Translations under genes and position numbers: made by a program
In this document: positions 54,629 to 64,000 of the stretch, piece by piece
How positions within the stretch are numbered: position 1 is the first letter of the stretch
How the letters are laid out: each line of letters begins with the position of its first letter
Source: Pelagomonas calceolata
Taxonomy: Eukaryota
DNA: 64,000 bases
Direction: 5' to 3'
Assembly (NCBI GenBank): GCA_918797485.1
Contig: CAKKNE010000005.1
Span: 3,472,001-3,536,000, forward strand
The notes under the pieces: model-generated
The model's input: only the letters and a program-made list of their open reading frames with translations
Databases searched by the model: none
What the model was told of the DNA's origin: nothing

Positions 54629-54749
54629 AACGGAGCGGCCGCAGCATACGGGCGTGCGGTCAAGCAGGCCCCGCGGCGGTCGTGGTGGCTAGGCGGCCTA
54701 GTTCTAAGCAAAGAAAGATCTATTTTCTAGCCAAATTACAAGGACGAAC

Positions 54750-57700
54750 TCACCGCCCAGTGCTCATCCGACCCGTATCCGCCCCCGTCCTCGAACCGGA
54801 CCGCCGCCACGTCCCCGGAGCCGTCCGCGACGCGATGTCGCGCTCGTGCGCGGCCAACAAGTCGCTACACGCGTTCCGCAGCGCCGCACGGAGAGCATCG
54901 TCGGCGACGGCGCCGTCGGGCGGCGGCCCGAGGTGCCGCGCCAAGCCCGCTCTCAAATCCGCCTTGCGCGCGGCCTCGGACCGCGAGTGCGCCGTCGGCC
55001 GCGCCCGCGCGTCGGCGACGGCGCACTGCACGAGCGCGACGCAGGCCTCCTCGCGCGCGAGGGCGTCCGCGGGCGTCGGGTCCTTCGCGTAGGCGCGCAA
55101 TAATACCTCCAGGTGCCCCGCCGACGGCGGCGCGAGCTCGGCGTCGTCCTGGTCGACCTCGCCCACCGAAAAGGGCGCGAACGCGCACGACGGCGGCGGC
55201 GCTCTTAATGAAACGAGGCGCCTCACTACTTTCTCCCGCGTGCCGTCGTCAAAAGCCACGGTGACCGACGCGTCGTCGAGCGCCTCGACGACACCAACCC
55301 GCGCCACGCCGCTCGCCGCCGGCGCGCCGCGCGGCGTCATCGGCGTCTCGACCGCGACGTCGACGCGGTCGCCGACCGCCAACGACCTGTTCTCGGGAGA
55401 CGGCCGGGGCTCGTGGCTCAGGCGCCGCGCGGCGCCCAGCGCCGGCGCGACGAGCTTTTTCAGCTGATCGGCGGCGGCCTTGGCGACGGGGTCGACCTCA
55501 TGAACATGGCCGCCGCCGAACGAGTGCTTCCGCGGCGAGCCGGACCGCGGCGACGGCGCGGGGCCCGACGACGACCGCCGGCCGCGCGGCGACGAGGGCG
55601 ACTGCCAGGCGTGGTGCGGCGTTATTACCACAGCCAGGGACCGGTCCGCGGCGAGGCACCGCCGCGCGGCCGACCGCACTATACTAACGCAGACGGCGCC
55701 AAAGGCCCGGGCGCCGGCGGCGTCGGCCCGGCGCCATGCCACGGCTTTCCGCGACAGCGCGCTCACGACATCTAAGGCAGCGGCCGCGTCCGCGATGGAC
55801 GTGGAGGCGATGGCGTCGCGGCCGATCGCGTCGAGCGCGCGGAACGCGCCGTAGTTGTCCGCGGCGCGCGCCCGCGCGAAGGCCGCGGCCTGGCACACGT
55901 CGGCGCCCGCGTCGACGGCGCGCGCGGCCAATCGCAAGGCGGACCGCCAGGGCGGCGCGAGGCGTAAAGCGAGCTTCGTCGCGACTTCGGATGAAGACGC
56001 CCTAGCTCGCGCCAGGGAACGACACACGCCGTCGCGGCCCGCGCGCGCGAACGCGTCCCGCGCAATGTCGTCGGCGAGCGGCGCCGCGAGCTGCGCCTGC
56101 GTCAAAGCCGCGATGACGGCCTCGTAGGCCCGGAGGGGCACCTCGCAGGCCGCGCCGTGGTCCAGCGCGCTGGCCACGGCCGCCTCCACGGCTCTTGACG
56201 TCGCGTCGCGACACTTGCCGAGTAATTCTGCAAGCGGAACTCCTAGTACGAGCTCCGCGGCCGCGCCGGCGCCAGAGCCTTGGGACGCCCGGTCCAATCG
56301 TAAAGAAGCAGCAATTGCGGCGCAGCACGCTGAGCGCAGCTCGCCCGTCGCATCCCTTAAACAGTCGCGCGCGACGCCCGCGATGCGCCGGAGACAATCC
56401 CGCTTCGACGGCGGGCCCTTCCGCGCCGCGGCGGCGACGGCGACGGCCCACGCTAATAACGCCGCCGTGCCCGCCGCGCCCGCCCTTCTCGCGGCCGCGT
56501 CGAGCGGCCCCGCGACGCTCGCGAGCGCGTCGAGGTCGCCGCAGCAGCTCAGAGCTTCCACACATACGGCGCAGGCCGCCCCGCTCACCGCTTTACCAGC
56601 AGTCTCCGTGTCGTCCGCGACGGACGCGATTAATGCGGCCGTGATGGCGCCGCGCTCGCTTAACGCTTCAGATGCCTGTCGCGACACGGGCTCAGCACAA
56701 GTCGCTACGTGCTTTGATAGAGCCGCGGCGTGCGACGCCGCGTCCACACAAGCCGCGGCGGCCGTCCACGCGGCGTTGGCCCGTTCGGCGGCCTTTCTCG
56801 CTTGCATCCCGTCCCGCCCGGCGGAGGCCTCTCTATCAGAGTGGCGCGGGGCGTCGACGGCGTAGCGCTGGTTTCCTTCGGTCCGCTCGCCGGGCGGCGC
56901 GCGCGCGGCCGCGGACACGTCGGCCACCCGCAGGTCGCAGCGGAACGCTCTATCTAAAGAGGGCGGTGGCGCCGCCGCGACCTTGTCCGACGTCTTGGCC
57001 AAGGCGGCGCGCGCGCGCCAGGCTATGGAAGCATCCGATGCGAGCACACCATCCACAAAAGCCGCATCACCCCCGAGCTTCTCCATAATCCGCTTGCCGG
57101 AGTCGTGGGCCGCCTCCGCGCACGCCACGTAGAGCTCTATGGCATGCTTCATCTGATGTTTTGAGGCCGCGACGCAGGCCTCGCCGCAGTCGACCGGCAG
57201 CAATGCCGCGGCCGCGTCCGGGCGCCACTTCACGACGGCGCGCACCATCTTCAAGGCTGAACTACATGTCGCCGGCTCCCGCAGGCGCTCCCCCAACACC
57301 GGCGGGCCGCTCCGCCACCACCAGGCGTCGTCCGCGCGCTCGAGGGCTCTACATATAGTCGCACACGCGGCGCCTCCAATATCTCCGCCGTGCCGGACGT
57401 AGGCCGCGGCGAGGGCCGCGAGCGTCGCGGGCACCGTCGCGAACTCTTTTGATGCTCGCAACGAATGGAGAGCTAGGGCCCGGAGGGGCGCCGTCCTTCC
57501 TACAGCGTCGCCGTGGTCGGCGAAGGCCGCCGCCCGGGCGGTGGACGTGCCGCCCGGCGCGCGTCTCAACGGTAACGCGAGCATGGTCGCGAGGAGCTGC
57601 GGCGTCCGCGCATCGTCCAATAAAGCGGCGCGCGCCTCGCCGCCTTCGGAAGCCACTTTTGCCAAGGCCTCGGCGCATTTTGAGAGTGGTTCGAGCGCCG

Positions 57701-60700
57701 CGTCGTCCTTTGTAGAAGCGTCGGCGACTTTCGCAGTCAATGAAACGAGCGCGCCGACGACGTCGCGCGCCGCCCGACTGGCATCCGTTGACATGGCGCA
57801 GCACGGCGCCGCGTCGACGGACGACGTCGCCGCCGCGGCGAGAGCATTTGCTAGAGCCGACGCACCGTCGATGTCGACCTTGCGCACGCACTCCGACGCG
57901 CCGCGCGAAAACGGTCCTGAAGCCCCGAGGAACGCCCGCGACGCGTCTCTCGCCGTAGAACCGCTGAGCGCCTCGACGAAGGCTTTCGCAGCGACGGCGG
58001 CGCCGGGACCGCCGAGCGACGCCCGCCGAGCCAGCGCGTCGATGGGTGACGGCGCGTCGGCGTCGCCGGGCCGCGCCAGTTCGTTCTGAGATGATACAAT
58101 TTTGGAGGCGAGCACCCTTGCGGCACTCTGAGCCGCGTCGTCCGAAGCGCCGGCGTCGCCACATAACGCCGCGGCCGCCGCTATTACAGATCTAGGAGCA
58201 CTGTCCCACCTTACGGCAAAGGGCGTGTCCTTCTCGCCGCCGTGGCAGGCCACGACCCCAACAGCACCGGCCGGGACGCGGCCCCCTACTAGAGAATCGC
58301 AGCCGCCCACGCACACCACAAGTTCCGCGAGTTTTGGGGAGTGGAGCTGGCCGCGCGCGTCCTTGAGCGCCACGGCACCGTTTGATGAACTAATAGTGAA
58401 GGTTGCGTCCGGCGGTAAAGAGTCATTCGAAGCGGCTCTTGAGACGTCGTCGATGCGAGCCGGCGCCCACGCTGGTGTACCGTCCTCAGAGAGGGTCAGC
58501 GCCGTAGTCTCGGTGCAGACGGCGAGTCGCGCCCCATACGGTACTTTCCTCAAGTCGCCCGTCGCCGTTTCACTTGTGTGGGCCACTACCCTAAGTAGTG
58601 GAGCTGGTGCCAACGGAAAGACCCTTCTAGCTTCGCCAAACAACTTTTTCAGAGTTTCGCCTTCAATCAAAGGAGCAATGGCCTCCAAATCAACAGCTAA
58701 AGCACCCTGGTCGTCCAAGAAGGCCACGTCACCGGCGTCGAAGGAGTACCTCGCATTTATAGTTTCAAGCGCTTTCGACGCCACCCTCGACGCTGCAACT
58801 TCTGTCTTCATCTCGAGCAACTTCCGGAAGGCTCCCAGCGAGGCGGCGCGCTTGCGGTGGTCGTCCGTCGTCGCGCACGCCAGGAGTATCAACGCGCCGT
58901 CGGGCGTCAGCGCGTCTCTCGCGAGCGCGTCGGCGATGTCCGGGGACGCCCACTCCAATGCAGCTAACAGCGCCAGCGGTAACAAGGAAGCGTCGCGCCG
59001 CGATGCCGCGACGGCGTTCGCGACGGCCGTTGACGCGTCGCCCGTCTTCGTGAGGGCAGTCCGCAGCGGGGATGGTGACGCCGCGAGCGCCTCGGTGACG
59101 GACTCGCGCCAGGCCTCCTGTAAGGACGAGGGGGGCCGCCAGTGCAGGGCGCCGGCGTGTTCGCCGGACAACACCTTTTGCGTCGCCGGCGCGTCGCCGA
59201 CGCGGCCGCGGCACGCCAGAGCCGCGACGTCACAAGCCCAGCCCTCGCCTCCAACAATATCGGAACCGCGCGCGCAGAGCGCCCCGAGGGCCCGGCAGCA
59301 GCGCGCCTCGACGGCCGCGATGCGACCACAGGCCGCCTCGACGAGGTGGCGCCGGTCTAAAGCGGCCAGCGACGCCGTCGCAGCGTCCGCGGCCGCGAGG
59401 ACCCAAGAAACAGCATCTAAACCGCACGCGGCGCCCGTCGCGAACTGCGCCGCGCAGCTGCACGCCGCCAGCGTCCGGGCGACCTTCTCGTGGGCCACGG
59501 GACCGAAGACCGTGGACCCCTGCGAAATCTTCTTCGCGAGCGCGTCGACGGCGGCCTTGGGTTCTGTCGTAGGCGTAGGTTTGACGACGCTAGCGCAGGC
59601 GGCGACGGCTTCGCTTTTGACAGTACCGGTTTCGAGCGCGAGGCACGCCGCCGTCGTGGCGTCCGCTTCTTGTGAGGCGCAGTGCGTCACGACGGCGCGG
59701 AGGCAGGCGTCCGGGGTTATTGTCGTCGTTGTGGCCCCGAAGCTTGCTGCTGCCGTCGCCGGCGCGGCAGTCGTGGCTCCGCCGAAAGTGACGCCCTTTG
59801 CCGCGGGCGCGGGGGCGGCCGCTGCCGGCGCGGCCGCGGTGGCTCCGCCAAAACTGAAGCTTCCCGTCGCGGGCGCGGTCGCGGCAGGCGCCGGTGCGGG
59901 AGCCGCGCCTCCGAAACTAAATCCTCCAGCGGCTGGCGTTGCCGCCGCAGCGGGCGCTGGTGCTGCTGCCGCTGCAGGGGCGCCGAAGCTGAAGCCTCCC
60001 GCGGCGGGCGCGGGCGCCGCCGCTGCCGCTGGTGCCGGCGCGGCCGCGGCTCCACCAAAACTGAAGCCGGCCGTGGGCGCCGCGGTTGCGGGCGCCGGTG
60101 CAGGTGCCGCGCCGCCGAAGCTAAATCCGGCGGCCGGCGTCGCTGCCGTAGCGGGCGCGGGGGCCGCCGCCGCGGGCGCGCCAAAACTGAAGCCACCGGC
60201 AGGCGCCGCCGCGGCGGGCGCGGGGGCCGCTGCTGCTGGGGCTCCGAAACTGAAGCCACCGGCGGCGGGCGTCGCGGCAGGCGCCGGCGCGGCTGCGGGC
60301 GCGCCGAAGGACGGTACGGTCGGAGCCGGGGTCGCGGCGGGCGCGCCACCGAAGCTGAAGCCTGCCGCGGCGGGCGCGGGCGCTGCCGCGGGGGTCGCAC
60401 CGCCGAACAGCGTCGGCGGCGCCGTCGCCGCTGGCGCCCCGAACGATGCGGTGGGCGCGGGCGTCGCCACGGGTGCGGCTCCGCCAAAACTGAAGCCTCC
60501 CGCAGCAGGCGCCGGCGCGGCCGCGGCCGGAGCGCCGAAGCTGAACGCGCCGGCTGCCGGCGCGGGGGCTGCGGCGGCAGCTCCGAAAGCCGGTGCCGCG
60601 GGCGTCGCGGCGGGGGCGCCGAACGCCGGCGTAGTAGTGCTAGCAGGTGCCCCAAACGCCGGCGTCGGTGCCGCGGCGCCGCCAAAAGAGAAGGCGGGAG

Positions 60701-61034
60701 CCGCGGGCGTCGGCGCGGCTGGCGTGGCCGTGGCGCCGAAGGCTGGCGCTGCCGGTGTGGCTGCGGCGCCAAACGCGGGCGTCGTCGTGGGCGCCGCGGC
60801 GCCAAAGGCCGGTGCTGCGGGTGTCGCCGCTGGAGCGCCAAAGGCCGGCGCCGCGGGTGTTGCCGCAGCTCCTCCAAATGAGAACGTAGGTGCTGCGCTG
60901 GTGCTGGGCGCGCCAAATGCAGGCGTGGGCGCGGGCGCCGCGCCAAACGCAGGTGCTGCGGGCGTCGCGGCGGCTCCAAAGCTGAAGCCACCCGCCGGCT
61001 TTTGTGCAGCAGCTGCACCAAATGAGAAAGCCAT
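54750..61034 (-). CDS. about 2,090-aa nucleoporin-like protein: FxFG/PAFG repeats followed by a long alpha-helical region
   Basis: MAFSFG start, dozens of FG repeats over about 430 aa, then Ala/Leu helical sequence. Confidence 0.75.
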   Translation of the reverse strand: MAFSFGAAAAQKPAGGFSFGAAATPAAPAFGAAPAPTPAFGAPSTSAAPTFSFGGAAATPAAPAFGAPAATPAAPAFGAAAPTTTPAFGAAATPAAPAFGATATPAAPTPAAPAFSFGGAAAPTPAFGAPASTTTPAFGAPAATPAAPAFGAAAAAPAPAAGAFSFGAPAAAAPAPAAGGFSFGGAAPVATPAPTASFGAPAATAPPTLFGGATPAAAPAPAAAGFSFGGAPAATPAPTVPSFGAPAAAPAPAATPAAGGFSFGAPAAAAPAPAAAAPAGGFSFGAPAAAAPAPATAATPAAGFSFGGAAPAPAPATAAPTAGFSFGGAAAAPAPAAAAAPAPAAGGFSFGAPAAAAAPAPAAAATPAAGGFSFGGAAPAPAPAATAPATGSFSFGGATAAAPAAAAPAPAAKGVTFGGATTAAPATAAASFGATTTTITPDACLRAVVTHCASQEADATTAACLALETGTVKSEAVAACASVVKPTPTTEPKAAVDALAKKISQGSTVFGPVAHEKVARTLAACSCAAQFATGAACGLDAVSWVLAAADAATASLAALDRRHLVEAACGRIAAVEARCCRALGALCARGSDIVGGEGWACDVAALACRGRVGDAPATQKVLSGEHAGALHWRPPSSLQEAWRESVTEALAASPSPLRTALTKTGDASTAVANAVAASRRDASLLPLALLAALEWASPDIADALARDALTPDGALILLACATTDDHRKRAASLGAFRKLLEMKTEVAASRVASKALETINARYSFDAGDVAFLDDQGALAVDLEAIAPLIEGETLKKLFGEARRVFPLAPAPLLRVVAHTSETATGDLRKVPYGARLAVCTETTALTLSEDGTPAWAPARIDDVSRAASNDSLPPDATFTISSSNGAVALKDARGQLHSPKLAELVVCVGGCDSLVGGRVPAGAVGVVACHGGEKDTPFAVRWDSAPRSVIAAAAALCGDAGASDDAAQSAARVLASKIVSSQNELARPGDADAPSPIDALARRASLGGPGAAVAAKAFVEALSGSTARDASRAFLGASGPFSRGASECVRKVDIDGASALANALAAAATSSVDAAPCCAMSTDASRAARDVVGALVSLTAKVADASTKDDAALEPLSKCAEALAKVASEGGEARAALLDDARTPQLLATMLALPLRRAPGGTSTARAAAFADHGDAVGRTAPLRALALHSLRASKEFATVPATLAALAAAYVRHGGDIGGAACATICRALERADDAWWWRSGPPVLGERLREPATCSSALKMVRAVVKWRPDAAAALLPVDCGEACVAASKHQMKHAIELYVACAEAAHDSGKRIMEKLGGDAAFVDGVLASDASIAWRARAALAKTSDKVAAAPPPSLDRAFRCDLRVADVSAAARAPPGERTEGNQRYAVDAPRHSDREASAGRDGMQARKAAERANAAWTAAAACVDAASHAAALSKHVATCAEPVSRQASEALSERGAITAALIASVADDTETAGKAVSGAACAVCVEALSCCGDLDALASVAGPLDAAARRAGAAGTAALLAWAVAVAAAARKGPPSKRDCLRRIAGVARDCLRDATGELRSACCAAIAASLRLDRASQGSGAGAAAELVLGVPLAELLGKCRDATSRAVEAAVASALDHGAACEVPLRAYEAVIAALTQAQLAAPLADDIARDAFARAGRDGVCRSLARARASSSEVATKLALRLAPPWRSALRLAARAVDAGADVCQAAAFARARAADNYGAFRALDAIGRDAIASTSIADAAAALDVVSALSRKAVAWRRADAAGARAFGAVCVSIVRSAARRCLAADRSLAVVITPHHAWQSPSSPRGRRSSSGPAPSPRSGSPRKHSFGGGHVHEVDPVAKAAADQLKKLVAPALGAARRLSHEPRPSPENRSLAVGDRVDVAVETPMTPRGAPAASGVARVGVVEALDDASVTVAFDDGTREKVVRRLVSLRAPPPSCAFAPFSVGEVDQDDAELAPPSAGHLEVLLRAYAKDPTPADALAREEACVALVQCAVADARARPTAHSRSEAARKADLRAGLARHLGPPPDGAVADDALRAALRNACSDLLAAHERDIASRTAPGTWRRSGSRTGADTGRMSTGR

Positions 61035-61185
61035 CACTTCTGAGTCGGCCGAGAGAGCACTCGTGCCTCGTTATTTGCAAGCGAAACGCCTACGCTTGCA
61101 GCGCGCGAGGCCAACTGCGCAGGCGAGCGCCAAAGCCGCAAATTGCTAGTGTCTCACCGCTAGCTCACGAAGACGCGCTGTCTCC

Positions 61186-61234
61186 CCCCCAGCCCTGGGC
61201 AGGGGCTCCGCCAACTAGTTCTAGCACCGTAACA
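61186..61234. repeat. 49-bp dispersed hairpin/CTAG repeat, copy 2
   Basis: 45/49 identical to 13502-13550. Confidence 0.85.
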
Positions 61235-61283
61235 ACTTCCGGGCGAAGACTCTTCCCCCTCGTTCATTCAGACAACACTAGCC

Positions 61284-62231
61284 TTAAGACACGACCTCCA
61301 CCCCCACCTCGGCCACCTCGGCCAAGACAAACGCCACGCCCTTCTCGTAGTACGCGGCCTCGTTCACGAAGAAGGGCGTGAGATCACTCTCGCCGTGCGT
61401 CTTCACGCACTCTCCATCTAAACCCAGCAACAGCGGCTGGCCCGGCTCCAGCGGTTTGAAATCAATCACTTCCGGCGCGATCAAACCGGCCACGACGTGG
61501 TCGTCGTCCCTCGGAAAGTCGACATGATCCACTCTCCGATAGACCTCGAGCGGTTCCAGAGTAACACTGCTCTTCTGCGACAGCAATGCCTGGTTCCGCG
61601 CCTCGACCGCATCTAAAATGGAGTCGATGAGTTCCAGCGTCTTTTGATATGTCACAGCGTCGGCGACGCCCTGCGGCACGGGCCCCACCTCGAGCGTGAA
61701 GCCGGATCTTCCACAAGACGGCAGCGTCGCGTGGTCGGGCTTGTCGTCCCACTCGCAGCACCGCACGTCCTCGTACTGCTTCTGCAACGTGGCACATAAA
61801 GCGTGAGATAAAGCATCGTCGCGCCGCATCATCAAAGCGTAGCCGCAGTCCGACGTCGTGTTATGTAGGTCGATGACCAAGTCCATGCGTCGTTCTTCAG
61901 CCGCCTTCGGCCCCAAGGCTTGATCCAGGACCTCGGCCCGTCGAGCCTCGCGAGACGTCGCCTTCCTGCCCAGCATCTCCCGGGAAAAACACCGGTTCAT
62001 GTCTTCGTCCACATATCTCCTATTCACGGCGATGGCCGCCGGGTTCGCCAGGTCGACCGTCGTCTCGAAGGTGGACCGCGACGCGCGCTTCGTATCCTTG
62101 AGAAGGTGGCGCGCGGCGAAGATGCCGTTCCGCTCGTTGCCGTGCGTGCCGCCGACGATGGCTACTCTTCTGACTACATGGCCGTCGTCCTTGAGGACGG
62201 TCTTTGCGAGCGCGGCCATGGATCGACGCAT
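61284..62231 (-). CDS. ASPA: aspartoacylase
   Basis: IVGGTHGNE, RYVDEDMNRCF, DLHNTT, EVGPVPQG, FVNEAAYYEK. Confidence 0.92.
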   Translation of the reverse strand: MRRSMAALAKTVLKDDGHVVRRVAIVGGTHGNERNGIFAARHLLKDTKRASRSTFETTVDLANPAAIAVNRRYVDEDMNRCFSREMLGRKATSREARRAEVLDQALGPKAAEERRMDLVIDLHNTTSDCGYALMMRRDDALSHALCATLQKQYEDVRCCEWDDKPDHATLPSCGRSGFTLEVGPVPQGVADAVTYQKTLELIDSILDAVEARNQALLSQKSSVTLEPLEVYRRVDHVDFPRDDDHVVAGLIAPEVIDFKPLEPGQPLLLGLDGECVKTHGESDLTPFFVNEAAYYEKGVAFVLAEVAEVGVEVVS

Positions 62232-62623
62232 TTAGTGTGCTGCCTCGGCAGCGTGGCGTCGCGCACGGCTGTGTGGCTGGTGATCCGCTGCACACGTGTG
62301 CGGATGTTTTTTCCAGTGATGGCGCGTCGACGGCGTGGTGGCGGCGCTGTCAATAGTGCGCAGCAATCGTCGGCTCCAGCTGTTGCGCAGCGCGATCGTC
62401 GATCGCTACGCCAAGCTATCCTCGATGCGCGAGAGGGCATAATTAGCTAGCGCATAGAGAGGTACTAGGCATCTTGAGAGCACCAGAGTTTGCAGCAGCC
62501 CCAGGGCCTCCGCCGGAGCATTTTTACTGGTGCCCGTGCGCATTCATCCGCCGGAGTCAAGCCCACGGGCAAGGAGAGCGCAGCCAAAGCGACATGGCAT
62601 AACACCACAAGAGGCAGCCTACC

Positions 62624-63613
62624 ATGGGAGATGATGAATACGGCCCCGCGACGGCCGCCCGGGCGAAGTGGGACTTCGTGCCCGAAGAGCCTAGTGGTTT
62701 GGCCCTCACGGCTGATGATGAATTGGAGGTCTGGCCCACGGAAAAAGGGTGGTGGTTCGCGCGTAAAAAACGGGGCGGCTACGAGGGCTACGTGCCCCGC
62801 GACTACGTGCGCGTCGAGGGGCGCCACGCCGAGGCGGCGTTCCCGGGCCTCTCGGCGCGCGTCGCCACGATCTCACCGCGGCGCGCGGAGCCGCCACGAA
62901 ACGACGACGAGGACGAGCTGCAGCTCGCGCTCGCGCTGTCGCTGAGCGAGGCCGAGGCGGCGTCCGCGCGGCCGCCGCCGCGGCCCGCGAGCTCCCCGCG
63001 AAGCCCGCCGTCGCCCGCGCTGTCGGAGGTCGTCGAGGTCCTGACGCCGCCGACACGCGCGTCCGCGCCGCCGCCGTCGCCCTCCTTCACCGAGGCGCGC
63101 CGGCCGGCCGCGGCGCCGCCGCCGCCTCCACCACTCTTCGACGCGGAGGCCCTCGCCGACGCGGCCCTCGCCGAGGTCCTGCCGGCGGCGGCGCCTCCGT
63201 TACCCCCGCGCGAGCCCGAGGCGATGCCCTCGCCGGAGTCGAAGCCGACGTCGCCGCGCGATAGCGGCCCGCGGCGCCAGAGTTTGCTCAAGTCCGCGCG
63301 GCGGTCTATTAGGAGGAGCCTGGGCATCCCCAAGCCCGCGAAGGCGTCGCCGGCCGAGGTCGCGCGTCTCCGGCGCCAGGCCGCGGCCGCCGAGGCCGAG
63401 GCGACGCGGCTCCGCGGCGCGCTCGAGGCGGTGCCGCTCGACGAGAGCACGGAGTGCCAGGTCTGCATGGCGCGCGCGAAGGACACGGCACTGGTACCAT
63501 GTGGCCACGTGCTCTGCGCGGACTGCGTCACGCGCTCGAACGACGCGCGGCTCGTGGAGGAGTGCCCCGTGTGCCGGGAGACGGTCCAGTCGACGATGCG
63601 TGTTTATATATAG
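62624..63613 (+). CDS. SH3 plus UIM plus RING E3 ligase-like protein
   Basis: ARAKWDF..GWW..GYVPRDYV; DELQLALALSLSE; CQVC..PCGH..C..C..CPVCR. Confidence 0.88.
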   Translation: MGDDEYGPATAARAKWDFVPEEPSGLALTADDELEVWPTEKGWWFARKKRGGYEGYVPRDYVRVEGRHAEAAFPGLSARVATISPRRAEPPRNDDEDELQLALALSLSEAEAASARPPPRPASSPRSPPSPALSEVVEVLTPPTRASAPPPSPSFTEARRPAAAPPPPPPLFDAEALADAALAEVLPAAAPPLPPREPEAMPSPESKPTSPRDSGPRRQSLLKSARRSIRRSLGIPKPAKASPAEVARLRRQAAAAEAEATRLRGALEAVPLDESTECQVCMARAKDTALVPCGHVLCADCVTRSNDARLVEECPVCRETVQSTMRVYI

Positions 63614-63671
63614 GTTAGTTATGAAAGAGGTTTAGAAACGAGGAAAGGGGAGAGTTCAGTCTTTTCGCGGG

Positions 63672-64000
63672 CTAGGAAGTACACTCGTACCCCTCGTCGT
63701 CGGGCTCGCACGGCTCGTTCGTCCACTGGTAGATATTATTGTAGTGGCAGCCTCTGTTCTGGCACCTCCCTGCATTGGACGAACCGCAGAGCGTCTTGCC
63801 GTACGTCGCGCAGTAGTTCATAGCGTCCGACCACGTCACGGGCGCCCAGGTGGCCGGTTGATTCCAATGTCCGGCGTTGCAGCTTCCGGATACCGTCCTG
63901 GTACAACCGGACGAGCCAGAGCCGTCGTCGTTGCAGCACGCGAACGCGATACCCATTTCAGATCCGTCGTCGCGAACTAACGCGTCCGGGTCCGTCTCGC
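63672..64000 (-). CDS. 3' end of a Cys-rich extracellular (lectin-like) protein
   Basis: ACC..C..TWSDA..YC..GKTLC..GCHYN..QWT..C. Confidence 0.55.
   Translation of the reverse strand, partial: ETDPDALVRDDGSEMGIAFACCNDDGSGSSGCTRTVSGSCNAGHWNQPATWAPVTWSDAMNYCATYGKTLCGSSNAGRCQNRGCHYNNIYQWTNEPCEPDDEGYECTS

Noticed and set aside
58225..61149. 974-aa plus-strand ORF and many other long overlapping ORFs
   Set aside because: Antisense or alternative-frame shadows expected at this GC content; PKLK is simply the reverse complement of FSFG codons.
374..62468. CTAG motif as a CRISPR repeat or Helitron end
   Set aside because: Copies are dispersed singletons without spacers, and most lack a subterminal hairpin or shared upstream body.

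Overview
This is a very GC-rich, gene-dense eukaryotic nuclear segment with about 40 compact genes and short spliceosomal introns. The Lhc/FCP genes, AFAP-type bipartite plastid leaders, a PH-domain DGAT1 and introner-like introns point to a pelagophyte (Pelagomonas/Aureococcus-like) stramenopile alga; this assignment is an inference. The most striking signals are non-coding or structural. (1) A 1,181-bp internally deleted Ty1/copia element (25653-26833) has identical 157-bp LTRs, a 5-bp TSD, a half-tRNAiMet PBS and a PPT, but its LTR ends read 5'-CA...TG-3', the reverse of the canonical TG...CA. (2) Two candidate bicistronic loci place a microprotein gene against the next ORF: an ATGA stop/start overlap at 1078-1081, and the TOM7 stop 5 nt before an ankyrin ATG. 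(3) A pseudo-palindrome, CTAGTG-N6..11-CGCTAG, occurs about 17 times, mostly upstream of gene starts, and I saw none between convergent genes. (4) An introner (TIR plus 8-bp TSD) intron family is present, with many GC-AG donors and a shared CCACGCCRTCGACGCG motif. (5) A selenoprotein T gene has an in-frame UGA and a SECIS hairpin. Product calls come from motif recognition by eye; no searches were run.
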